Shown here piece after piece: positions 14,500 through 26,545 of a DNA stretch of 64,000 bases. The position numbers and the translations under genes are program-made. Under the pieces are notes generated by a model. It did no database searches. It was not told where the DNA came from and worked only from the letters and a program-made list of their open reading frames with translations. The DNA comes from the human T2T-CHM13v2.0 reference genome, Homo sapiens: NCBI RefSeq assembly GCF_009914755.1, contig NC_060929.1; one strand, 5' to 3'. The stretch's first letter is position 1, and each line of letters starts with the position of its first letter.

Positions 14500-14895
14500 C
14501 TCTCTACCTATGGTAGTCATTAGTGCTGGTCACCATTATTTCTGGCTCTACACTTTTTAAGAATGTGACAGGGTTGCATTTGCTGGCTTTTTTGTGGTTG
14601 GAAAAAGTGACAGCACTGGCCTGTGGGTTGTGAGTAAATGTGTTACACCCTGGCCACAGTATTTAATTGTCGGTAAGAGTACAACTTGTCTTTTTGTCTG
14701 CCTCAGAAACTGGCAGCATATGAGATGGTGTATGCTCCATCATTATGCTCCATTATCCTGCCTGTCATCATGAGCAGAACTCTTCTGTAATCCTCCATAG
14801 AAGAGTAGCAGGAGTGAGAAATGTCTTTATTGTTTTTAAACGTTGAGCTTCGGGGGCCACTCGTCACCTGAGTATAATTTAACCTACCTGATGCA
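14500..14895. mobile_element. MLT1-type MaLR solo LTR
   Basis: tatggtagtcattagtgctg...gagtgagaaatgtctttattgtttttaaacgttgag...taacctacctgatgca. Confidence 0.6.
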
Positions 14896-16439
14896 TCACT
14901 TTACCTCCATTTTGAGTTCTCATAGAATTAGTTTGATGTGTGTCTTTCCACATCTTGGTTCACACACAGGAAAAAAAATGCAAACATATACATACAAATA
15001 TAGAACACTTTTACAATCAAAATGGAATTACACTGTTCTCCTTGATTGGTAGATTTTTATAATAATAAGATTGTATTGTATATATTATATTTTGATTGTA
15101 TATAAAATATTTCATAGAAAATAATTGATGCACTTCTTTATTTAATAATATGGAGAAATTGTCACTTCATAATTTGAGTAAAATGTTCATATAAAAAGGA
15201 AAGAAACTTTCAGGTAAATATATGTCCTTTGTAAAAATTGTTCTCAATTTAGATAAATGATTCTATTCGTAATCAAGTTTAATTGGCATAGCATTTCTCT
15301 TTTTCTCTTATTGTATTCTTTTCTGTATTCTGAATTATTATATTTTGAATTCCTTATATTTTGAACTATATCAAAAACAAACAAATAAGTGTAATATTCA
15401 AGAAACGTTTTATACATATTTTCAGAATCGCCTCTAGTAAACGAAATACTTTACAATAAAACACTACTTAACTTTCTCATAGTCTGAGGCTATAATTTTA
15501 CTTTGCTAAATAATTTTAATCTATTGAAGTTTCATATAAGTGCTAGATTACTTTATAAATAGTTGATTTTACTTTCACAGGTTCATTAAGTTCTTTATGT
15601 AAACTATTATGAAATTATGGTCACACCAAACACTGTTTTAGTTCTAGGAACTGAGCAAGTTTCTTATGTACATTAGATTGATATATGAGCGGTGGCTTGA
15701 AAAGCCCCTGTTTCCAATGAATTTACAATGATTTCAGGAAGATAAGACCTATATTTCAAGTAATTTAAGAGTAGAAGATTATATAATTAAATGCTAATCA
15801 ACTATTATTCAGCATATTTTAAAATAAAGTTATCTCACATTTTAGACAAAACTTCGGGTTGTATCAGTCATCTTCCAAAAAAATGCAAACATGATGTAGC
15901 TTTTATAAAAAACAAAACAAAATAAAAAAACTTTCAAGACGACTGATTTTCTGAGAGTTTAGATGTTTGTAATATGATTTCTTCAAATAGGCAGTATCTC
16001 AGTACGTATTATATAATGACAGAGTAAAATCAATCTTTATTAATCTTTTTTTGTGATTAAGGTGATCCAAAAATAACTGGAAACTTCAAGTCACAAGTTT
16101 ATCATTTCTTATTACCTATAGAAATAATTAAAATGTACAAATATATAATTTTACTTATTAATAAAGTTAAATGGTTACATATATATATAAACAAGTTATA
16201 TTTTTAACTATATCTCAATGTTCATTATGCATGTACTTCATTATGTTCTAACATTGAGATATCGTTATACGTATAGCTTATTTTTATATTATACAAATAG
16301 ATATTCAATTAACAGGATATTTTATTTTATAACACTACATGTTTATTATCCATGAGAAACCCAGAAAGAGAGAAGGCATAAAGGCCTTTATTTTCTTATA
16401 TGTTAATCATTTAAAAAGTTGTTTATAGGACAAAGAATG

Positions 16440-16700
16440 GTTTTATAAGAATATAATTCTTTATTCTAACATAATATTTTTAGCTTCACATGGAGCAATG
16501 TACAATAAGAAGAGAAAACTTGTTGGTTATTTCTGAAAGTTGATCAAATTCATTTATGACAAGCACTGCCTAATTCCAGAAGGCACAGAAACCTAGTGAG
16601 TGAAACCTATTTAAATTCTTCTTTTGAATAATGAAGCGTAATTTCTGGGTTAGAATGACATTCATTCATCCCAGCTAATGAAAGGTCTAAGCTCTGATTC
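16440..16700 (-). ncRNA. Candidate terminal exon of a minus-strand lncRNA
   Basis: About 45-nt polypyrimidine tract then ctgtacag|G at 16700; AATAAA at 16460-16465 on the minus strand; no long ORF. Confidence 0.5.
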
Positions 16701-16901
16701 CTGTACAGAAAGAGAAAAAGAGAAAGGGAGAAAGGAAGAGAGGGAGCACACAATTCAAAAAGGATGCTTTTAATATTTTCATATTATAAATTGTCTCTTG
16801 CATAAAATCGCCACCAACGAAATAGCTTTAATAGTACCCAACAAAATACTTGATCACTTTTCCCAAAAATGTTTTCCTCTGTAATAAAGTTCAGTACTTA
16901 C

Positions 16902-17005
16902 CAATAAAGTGAAAGTAGACTTGAAAAATGATTATTTTCATTGCCGGGACTTTCTCTAAAGAAATCATCTGCTATGACAAAACTCACATGTCAAGAAAAG
17001 TTTTC
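16902..17005 (-). ncRNA. Candidate internal non-coding exon (104 nt)
   Basis: Acceptor cctgacttgcttttccactagttccttcag|G; donor TTG|gtaagt; stops in all three frames. Confidence 0.5.
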
Positions 17006-17319
17006 CTGAAGGAACTAGTGGAAAAGCAAGTCAGGAGCAGGTAAGGGATTTAGGGTAAGAGAAAAAGTATGTGCCAATAAGATAAATATCTCTACCTACA
17101 ACATTGTTTACCCCTTTTAGGAGCTGAGTAAACTTACTATAAGTGCATTCCCTTGTTGATATTAAGTAATGAAATTCTTTCAAGACAGTTGAATTATATT
17201 TGAATTGTGGGACAAAAATTTTTGTAAGTTACCACACTTAATGTACAACATAAAATCCATAGTCTTTTTTATTTATATAATCATTTAGTTATTAATGAAA
17301 ATAATGAAATTATGAGGCT

Positions 17320-17530
17320 GTTTTGCACACTTACCATATGCCAGGAAGCAAGTACTGAAAATTTTACATTATCTTACTTAATCCTTTTAAGCAACTTATG
17401 TGATTAATTTTTCTCAATATACCCATAGTGAACTTTTGGTCCAGACATGTTAAATAAATTGCCCAATGTCAGACAGCTAGTAAATGGCAGAGCTAGTATT
17501 GATAGCAAGGTTGTATGATTTGCAAATCTG
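17320..17530 (-). mobile_element. MIR SINE
   Basis: gcacacttaccatatgccagg...aattgcccaatgtcagacagctagtaaatggcagagctag. Confidence 0.8.
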
Positions 17531-17619
17531 TATTTATTCCAGTGTGTCACACTGAAATTAATTCAACATCAAGGTAAATATGCAGCAATATTAGGAAGGT
17601 AATATTGTATTATAATAAC

Positions 17620-17825
17620 TGATATTTGTTGTATATATATTATGTGCCAGAGACAGTGAAAATATTTTTCAAATGTATTATTCGATCATCCCAACAGCCC
17701 AGTATTATTTTCACCATTTTAAGATGAAAAAAAAAAAAAAAACCCTGAGGCATAGAATGGTTAGATCACTTGCCATAATTTCGTATTGTTAGATCTTGCT
17801 AGAGCTGTGATTAAACTCAAGGAAG
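17620..17825 (-). mobile_element. MIR SINE
   Basis: tattatgtgccag...ccattttaagatgaaaa...ctgaggcatagaatggttagatcacttgcc. Confidence 0.75.
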
Positions 17826-18334
17826 ACATAAGTGAGGGCCTGCAGAATGTTTGTAAGTGAAATTAAGATTTGGGGCATGAACACATAGGAAGGAAGGCTT
17901 AAGCAGTTGGTTAGTACGTTTTCTTCTACTAGTATGAGTACCAATGATACAGGCAGTTATCTCAATATTCCATTACACTTTCTGTGACCAGATGGTAACA
18001 AAACCGTAGTGTAATATCTGCTGAAATGTTGTTTTTCCTTTATAATCAGTAAAATTATGTGTAACTCAAGTTAGAAACAATCTTTTGGCCCACATGATGG
18101 TGTTCTGTTTTTGTGTAACCACTACTATGAAAGATTTACTTAAGAAAATACTCTGGATTCATAGAAAGAAAAATAACGGGAGAGGGAGAGATTCTAAAAA
18201 GACTCAACACAGGTTCTCTAGGGTACTAATTCTTAGAGATGAGGGGAGATAGAGACAGCAAACATAAATAAGGAGATGTTCATGGACCCAAAAGCTCTGC
18301 AGCAGGGGACATAAGCATCAAAGTAAAATAATGT

Positions 18335-18687
18335 TGTAATGGTTAATTTTATATATCAACTTGGCTAGGCTATAGTGCCTAGTTATTTAATCAAAGATAA
18401 ATCTAGGTGTTTTGAAGGTATTTTATCAAGTGGTTAACATCTGTGATCAGTTGACTTGAAGTAAAGGAGATTACCCTTGAATATGTGGGTGAACCTCATA
18501 GAAGCAGTTGAAGGCCTTTAACAGAAAAAATTTAGGTGTCCTGAATAACAAAAAATTCATTCTTAGAATTCCAACATCAACTCCCGTATACTTCCAACGT
18601 GATGGATTTCCCTACATGTTTTTGATATGCCAGATCCCACAATGTGAGCCAATGCCTTAAAATAAATCATTCAAATAGATAGATGAT

Positions 18688-18722
<35 letters not shown>

Positions 18723-18775
18723 GACAACCCACATTGTATCCATACCTCCTAATATACATATATTAGTACCTGACT
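18335..18775 (+). mobile_element. MLT2 (ERVL) solo LTR containing a (GATA)n STR
   Basis: tgtaatggttaattttatatatcaacttggctaggctatagtgcc...aatgtgagccaatgccttaaaataaatc, typical of MLT2. Confidence 0.85.
18676..18722. repeat. (GATA)n tetranucleotide repeat
   Basis: About 9 uninterrupted units plus flanking degenerate units. Confidence 0.95.
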
Positions 18776-20864
18776 GCAAGAAGTGTTTATTTCAATCATT
18801 CTAAACTGTAATGGCCTTGATGTTCATCAAAAACTGCATATGCCAAGGACACAGCCAAGAGCAGATAAGTCTATCTCACAGCACCTGCCATTATCTGTGA
18901 ATCTTATCCAATGGTTAGATTCAAAAGATTCTGTCTAAAACTTGAGCTTATGTTAGATCTCAGAGCACTGATTCCCTTTTGACCAATAGCACATTTTGAT
19001 TTGGCCATTGGTCAATGAGATTCAGCATTGTGATTTATAGTGTTTGGGAAAACAAAGTTTCTCTTATCAAAGATGCATTTCTGGAATGTTTTTATTTTTC
19101 TGTTACACTGAGAAAGACTATAAATAAATTTTTCTTATGGTAAATACTTTTAAATATAAGTGGATCAAAATAAAATAAAAAATTAAGATTAAAAAACTGG
19201 CTATATAATAACTTTATTGTTTAGGATTATTTTGACCATTAGTTAAGTTAAAATGCTATTCAGTTATATTGATATAATTGACATGTAAATATAAGGTATT
19301 GTATAAACACTACTTTTTAGAGTTATTATTCAGATTTGAACCTGATAAGGTTTATATTAAAATGTTTTGTTATGAAACCCTTGTGTAATGCAAAAAAACT
19401 CTGTATAAATTAGTATAAAATTATTATAGTAATTTTAATAAAATGATACAATATTTGTATATATTAATTTCATATATAAGTTATGTTTAAAAAAACTAAA
19501 ATGTAACCCAGATTCTCACTTAGGAAATAAAAATTTAAGTGACCTATTTCTTCAGAAGATCCCACTAATGTCTATAGATTAATGTTACCATTAAAAATCA
19601 ATGTGAACAAATCATTTCACATCCAGGAAAGTGCTAGTATTTTAATGTCAAAACAACATAATAATTAGCAAAATAATTATTTTCTATATTTCAAGGCGGG
19701 TTTCATTGAAGATGAATTTCTTATTGAAAAGGGGCAAGCAACACCATCATAAAAAAAGGTTTAGCAGTAGAGTAGTTATCAAAGAATGGTGAATTGATTA
19801 CGCATTTACAAAATTTCCTTACAAGTAAGTGCCATGCAGTAAAGAAAAAGAAGTCTCAATACATAAAGTTATAAACAGTCACTGTCCAGTTCTTGGTCTG
19901 AATTCAGTTTTTCTTCAGTTTATTTAAGATGAACCCCCAGATTAGGATGCCCTAACAACAAAGTCAAAGTTAATTAGTCTTAACTAACAGACAAGTAGTA
20001 AACTTCTTGAGGTCAGCTCCACCCTCAAGAAAGTGGACATTAGGGAGAGATTTTAAAGCGGTGTCTGTTTTTATAGGCAGTGCAGGGAAAGGCTAAGCCA
20101 ATAAAATGTAATGGTTCTATTCTATATTTCAATAGCAACTTCCGAAGGACAGAACACTTCCCTATGATTTGAAGGCAAAGCCTTGTACCAGGTTAGAAAT
20201 GATATGTGAGCAAAGAAAATTACTGTCATTTTACTTTCCTTCTGAGTGCTGAATGTAACAAGTGAATAGCAATCAAACACATATCAATCATTGGCTTTTT
20301 GGGTGCAGGATCACTCATGCCTTAGGCCATGTAGGGACCCCAGGGACCACCGTAAGGATTCCTCAGTTTACCCAGTTGATAGATCACAGGAGGTTCACAT
20401 TGGTCTGTGTTTGGGAGGGAAGAAGAAACACCAATCTAAGAATCTTGGGATGCTGTTGGGAAATGTTAGGCGTGAGCAGCTGTAGTCAATTAGAGCTTCA
20501 TTTTCTCTCGAGTCGTCTTTGGTTGCATGCCACAACTGCACAGGGCATGGAGGTTTATGACTCTAAAATAGCCTTGTCATTTGTGAAGCCTAACAGAGCA
20601 AAGAGGTTTGATAAATAGTTTTTTAAAATGTTACTTAGAAAGCCACTTCAATCAGATTAGTTTTCTGTTGTTTGTTTTCAGAATCCCAGTAGCCCACCAG
20701 CATCTAGTAGGTAAACATGAATGGCACCAAGTTGGTGACTAAAATAAAAGCTTTAAAAAATACATGTCTTTATTTGTTTACAAGGCATTTATGTGGCATA
20801 CTATGCTAAATTAATTCAATCAATGGTGTATTTAGTTTCTTTTACTCTTAGAAAGAGCACTTAC

Positions 20865-20951
20865 ATGGAACATGGTGCAAAGATGTTATAAATTGGTCAC
20901 AAAGAAAATATGGGTTTCAACTCTCAACAGTTCAAAGTTTTTATTTTACTC
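20865..20951 (-). ncRNA. Candidate internal non-coding exon (87 nt)
   Basis: Acceptor gtgtctcttcctag|G; donor CAT|gtaagt; stops in all three frames. Confidence 0.45.
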
Positions 20952-23281
20952 CTAGGAAGAGACACTAATGATTTGCTTTCCTGCCATATTTTTCATTTAT
21001 GTCATCACTTAATACAGGAGAAAAAAAGTTATAAAATATTACACAGTTTGTGTATTTCAGTGTCAGTAGGCCCATCTGCTGTTACACACTATTGAATGCT
21101 TGCAATTGAAAAGAGAGATGGAGATGCCTATTTTAAAACAGAGTGCTTTCTAAACTCAATCATTTAATTTACTATTAAGTATATGTATGTAAATACATAT
21201 CAATTTATTGAAAAATAAATCATCTGGAATTCTGGAAGCCAGTGGCCTAGAAAAGTCTACTACTTTGCAGCAGACTGCAGAAGCAACAGGGCATTTTCCC
21301 ACTGGTGTTCAATGTAATTGTAACAGTGATGGGATTCAGACTCTCCTCCATGTGAGATTTGTCTTTCATTCAATCAACGCAAACAACTAATGCACTGCAA
21401 GGCATATTACATTCCATCCACTTCCCAATAAAGTCAGGGGTATCCAATCAGGCACCTATTGTTAGCAGAGAATCTGAAATTGATACAATCATCACATTGA
21501 TCCAAAGTTGTCAATCATCTTACATCTTTACTTCCTTCTTTCTCTTCTCTCAGAATTTATAAATTGCAATGAAAATTGTCATATTTATACCAAATTTTAG
21601 AAAGTAATTGTTGAAATCATAGGTTTTTCAAAGTATTTGCAAAGGTAATTTTTTAAAAAGTGCTCCATATTTTTTTTCTACGTGGTGCTTAATACTTTGA
21701 CAAATGTTAAACACTTTTGACTGAAAACTAGTTTTACTTTAATCTGTTGTATTTGTTCTATTCTCTTTTAAAGAACTATAGAAAGCCTATACTGCATCAT
21801 AAAACTTGTGACTTATAAAGAGCTCTTGATGTTCAACTTCAGTTTTATTATTTTCTTTATGTTTATATGTAATAAAAGCTATTACGTATGCAGTTTGTAT
21901 AAAAACATTTATTGCCTATTATATACTCGTTATGCTTTGTGAATGAGCAGATTGTAAGCTTCTTAAAGGCAGGAACCTGAATTATATATTTTTTGCAATC
22001 ACAACCCGAAATATTCCAGATATTTTGGCATTATGCTGCATAGTGGAAGAATAAAACTTCTACAGTAGGTAAGCATCTCCTTTATTGCCATTTATTTCTG
22101 AAGATATCTGAATTTATTATCCATAATGTTTGCATTTAATTTCTCACAGTTTAGTAGTGTCAGTTCCTTAAATGTCAGAGGATGTGAGGGCACTGGTTGG
22201 AGCAAATGAAGAGATTACACATGAAAGACCTCTGGTCCTAAAATAGTAGTAGAAGCATTAAAATACAGTATTCTCTTTCTCTGTGTGAATGAATTATTAC
22301 TTTCACTAATATTTCAGCCTCTGTTTGATTATTCTATATTATTTGTAATACTAAATTCTGTTCTTGTGACATAAGTTTGTCATAAGGCAGTACTTTCTTA
22401 GACTTGCTAATGCCAAATCGAAATAATACCTAAAGATCTAAGAACCCATAAACAAATAAGTAGAACATAATTCCAAATAATATATTTAATGAAATAGATC
22501 AAGTTCACAATAACATTAAGATTGAAATAAACATTTAAAAAATTTTGTGATGAACTTTAAACATAAAAGTGGAAAGCAAGAAATGCAGGTCAGGAATGTC
22601 AAATTTGTACATTCAAACACTTGGAATATTTATACTATTCTTATTGAGAGCAAAATGCATGAAATATATGAACTTTCATCTCATCTATGAGTCAGTTCAC
22701 TCAACATTTCAAGAAAAGTATCACCAATCCTGTTTATAATAAACAATTAATTAAAAAGAGAAAATTAAACCAATGTATAATATTGGTATAAATACAAATG
22801 CATTTTTATTATACTCATATATATGTCACAAATAAATAATTACCATTTCTCAGATTCTGAATTCCCCACCCTCAACTACAGTTGCTGTTTGTTACAAAAA
22901 TGGTTGCTAAGAATATATACATATGTACACACAAACGCACACACACACATAACAATGACATGGGGAGCAGATGCCACCCATAGGATAAATGATGTCACTG
23001 CCATTTGAGCTATTAGATAGTAAACAGTAATAAAATTAGGTCATTACTGACCAGGACTATGCATATGTGACAAAATTGTTTCACGAAGAGAATTGTAGCA
23101 CCTGTTTACAGAGTTGCTATTAATATTCATATATCCATCCAGAAAATCATATGTAAGCAGATGGGTGAAATTTGAAACCTGTCAAAGCACAATTTCTTAA
23201 TTGCTTTAAATAAAACATTGCTACAGTTGGTGGAGAAGCAATTAGATGTATGCTATATTCATTACCATTTCCCAGTGTTAC

Positions 23282-23586
23282 TTTTTTTTTTTTTTTTTTG
23301 AGACGGAGTCTTGCTCCCTCAGCGCAGGCTGGAGTGCAGTGGTGCAATGGATCTTGGCTCACTGTGACTTCCACCACCTGGGTTCAAGCAATTCCGCTGT
23401 CTCAGCCTCCCAAGTAGCTGGGACTACAGGCACCTTCCAGCATGCCCGGCTAATTTTTGTATTTTTAGTAGAGATGGGGTTTCACCTTGTTGGTCAGGCT
23501 GGTCTCAAACTCCTGACCTCAGGTGATCCACCCGCTGTGGCCTCCTAAAACTCAGGGATTACAGGCATGAGCCACCACACCCAGTC
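23282..23586 (-). mobile_element. Alu (AluSx-like)
   Basis: Full length; TSD cagtgttact / cagcgttact. Confidence 0.95.
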
Positions 23587-23639
23587 CAGCGTTACTGTTT
23601 TTATAATTAGGAAAACTAATATGGATGATATTTATCACA

Positions 23640-24135
23640 GCATCAGTGATTGGCACAAAATTCGACTTCTAAATTTTCAGTGATACTTGTAGAGAATAAA
23701 TATCAGTAGGAATAATAATCCACCTTACAAAGTTACTAAAATTCATGTGTCAAAACATGTAACGAAAAAACAAAAAAGAGAACGGAAGATTAGTTGTATT
23801 TGTAAATGTAGATACAAAACCTAAAGTACATCATTGACAAATCAAGTGCTCTTCAAGGAATTCAAAGCTAGTTTGATTTTGGGAAACACATCACTAAAAC
23901 ATAATAGTTTAAGTGGTCAAAGAGAGTAGAAAAGCAAAATCACTTAAAGCTACCTGAAAGGCATTCAATAAATGTACTATCATTACTGAATTTTAAAAGC
24001 AAAATGAAACAAAATTCTTACGTATCATGTATATGGTAAATGTACCTTTCTAAACTGTCAAGGGCATTTTAATTTTTGTTAACTTTGGCTAGTTACATTA
24101 AAATATTAAAGTAAAGAACAAGTCTGGGATAGTAC
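23640..24135 (+). mobile_element. Old L1M ORF2 fragment
   Basis: A-rich; gatacaaaacctaa, caaggaattcaaagctagttt, gaaaggcattcaataaa, aaagaacaagtctgggat resemble degenerate L1 RT-region DNA. Confidence 0.55.
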
Positions 24136-26545
24136 TGTAGTAGTTCATTTTCGTGCTGCTGATAAAGACCTACCCAGGACTGAGAAGAAAAAGAGGTTCG
24201 ATTGGACTTACAGTTCCACAGAGAGGCCTCAGAATCATGGCGGGAGGGGAAAGGCACTGCTTACATGGTGGCAGCAAGAGAAAATGAGGAAGAAGGAAAA
24301 GTGGAAACCCCTGATAAACCCATCAGATCTTGGGAGACTTATTCACTATCACAAGAATAACACAGGAAAGACAGGTCCCCATGATTCAATTACCCCCCCC
24401 CCCCCCCCCGCAGGGTTCCTCCCACAACCCGGGAATTCTGGGAGATACAATTCAAGCTGAGGTTTGGGTGGGGACACAGCCAAATCACATCTTTGCACCC
24501 CTGGCCCTTCCCAAATCTCATGTGCTCACATTTCAAAAGCAATCATGCCTTCCCAATAGTCCCCCAAAGTCTTAATTCATTTCAGCATTAACCCAAAAGT
24601 CCACAGTCCAAAGTCTCATCTGAGACAAGGCAAGTCCCTTCTGCCTATAAGCCTGTAAAATCAAAAGCAAGCTAGTTATTTCATAGATACAATGAGAGTA
24701 CAGGTATTGGATAAATACAGCCATTCCAAATGCTACAGCTGGCGGAGAAGCAATTAGATGCATGCTATATTCATTACCATTTCCCAGAGCTACTTTTTTT
24801 TTGTTTGCTTGTTTGTTTTTGAGACGGAGTCTCGCTCCCTGGCGCAGGCTGGAGTGCAGTGGTGCAATCGATCTTGGCTCATTACAACCTTCGCCACGCG
24901 GGTTGAAGCAATTCCCCTGTCTCAGCCTCCCGAGTAGCTGGGACCACAGGCGCCCATGCAAGTTCAAAATCCAATGAGGCAGTCAAATCTTAAAGCTCCA
25001 AAATGACACTCCGTTGACTCCAGGTCACGGTGATGCAAGAGGTGGGTTCCCATGTTCTTGGGCAGCTCCGCCCCTGTGACTTTGCAGGGTACAGCCTCCC
25101 TCCTGGCTGCTTTCACGGGCTGGCATTGAGTGTCTGTGGCTTTTCCAGACACACAGTGCAAGCTGTCAATGAACCTACCATTCTGGGGCCTGGAGGACGG
25201 TGGCCCTCTTCTCACAGCTTCACTAGGCAATGCGCCAGTAGGGACTCTCTGTGAGGGGTCTGACCCCACATTTCCCTTCCACACTGCCCTAGCAGAGGTT
25301 CTCCACGAGGGTCCCGCCCCTGCAGTAAACTTTTGCCTAAGCTTCTAGGCATTTCCATACATCCGAAATCTAGGTAGAGGTTCCCAAACATCACTTCTTG
25401 ACTTCTGTGCAACCACAGGCTCGATACCAAGTGGAAGCTGCCAAGGTTGGGGGTTCCACCCTCGGAAGCCACAGCCTGAGCTGTATGTTGGCCCCTTTCA
25501 GCCACGGCTAGAGTGGCTAGGACACAGGGACCATGTCCCAAGGCTGCACACAGCACAGGGACCCTGGGCCGGGCCCACGAAACCACTGTTCCTCTTGGGC
25601 CTCCAGGTCTGTGATGGGAGGGGCTGCTGTGAAGGTCTTTGACATGCTCTAGAGATATTGTCCCCATAGTCTGGGGGATTAACATTAGGCTCCTTGCTAC
25701 TTACACAAATTTCCTCAGCCGGCTTGAATTTCTCCCCAGAAAATGGATTTTTCTTTTTTATCCCATTGTCAGGTTGCAAATTTTTCAAACTTTTATGCGC
25801 TGCTCTCCTTATAAAAGTGAATATCTTTAAAAGAACCCAAGTAAGCTCTTGCATGCTTTGTTGCCTAGAAATTCCTTCTGCCAGATACCCTAAATCATCT
25901 CTCTCAAGTTCAAAGTTGCACAAATCTCTAGGGCAGGGGCAAAACGCTGCCAGTTTCTTGGCTAAAACATAACAATAGTCACCTTTACTCCAGTTCCCAG
26001 CAAGTTCCTCTTCTCCATCTGAGACCACCTCAGTCTGGACTTTATTGCCTATATCCCTATTGGCATTTTGGGCAAAGCCATTCAACAAGTCTGTAGGGAG
26101 TTTCAAACTTTCCCACAATTTCCTGTCTTCTTCTGAGCCCTCCAAACTTTTCCAACCTCTGCCTATTACCCAGTTCCAAAGTCGCTTCCACATTTTCGAG
26201 TATCTTTTCGGCAGCGCCCCACTCTACTGGTACCAATTTATTAGTCCATTTTCGTGCTGCTGATAAAGACATACCTGAGACTTACAGTTCCACGTGGTTG
26301 GAGAGGCCTCACAATCAGATTGAAAGTGTAAGGCACGTCTCACATGGCAGCAGACAAGAGAAGAGAGCTTATGCAGGGAAACTCCCCATTTCACAACCAT
26401 CAGATCTCATCAGACGTATTCACTATCATAAGAACAGCACAAGAAAGACCTCCCACCATGATTCAGTTACCTCCCACTGGGTCCCTCCTGCAACACGTGG
26501 GAATTCAGGATGAGATTTCGTTGGAGACACAGACAAACCATATCA
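24136..26545 (-). mobile_element. THE1 MaLR element (LTR ~24136-24492, internal region, LTR ~26238-26545)
   Basis: Both LTRs begin tagt(t/c)cattttcgtgctgctgataaagac; element ends aaccatatca; the internal region aligns in reverse orientation with 53776-55336; the 231-aa and 157-aa ORFs are THE1-int remnants. Confidence 0.95.
24731..24954 (-). repeat. Locally duplicated flank plus Alu right arm (copy of 23219-23434) inside THE1-int
   Basis: Shares the unique flank gctacag.tgg.ggagaagcaattagatg.atgctatattcattaccatttcccag and the private Alu variants gctccct and gatcttggctca. Confidence 0.93.

Noticed and set aside
20262-20618. 118-aa + strand ORF
   Set aside because: Non-ATG start, no recognisable domain and no supporting splice context.
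21208-21562. Possible processed pseudogene or coding last exon
   Set aside because: Stops in all minus-strand frames I checked, unrecognisable + strand peptides, and no poly-A or TSD.
25498-26193. 231-aa ORF, the longest in the window, and neighbouring ORFs
   Set aside because: It lies wholly in the THE1 internal region, and the homologous frame in the second THE1 is broken. This is a MaLR ORF remnant, not a host gene.
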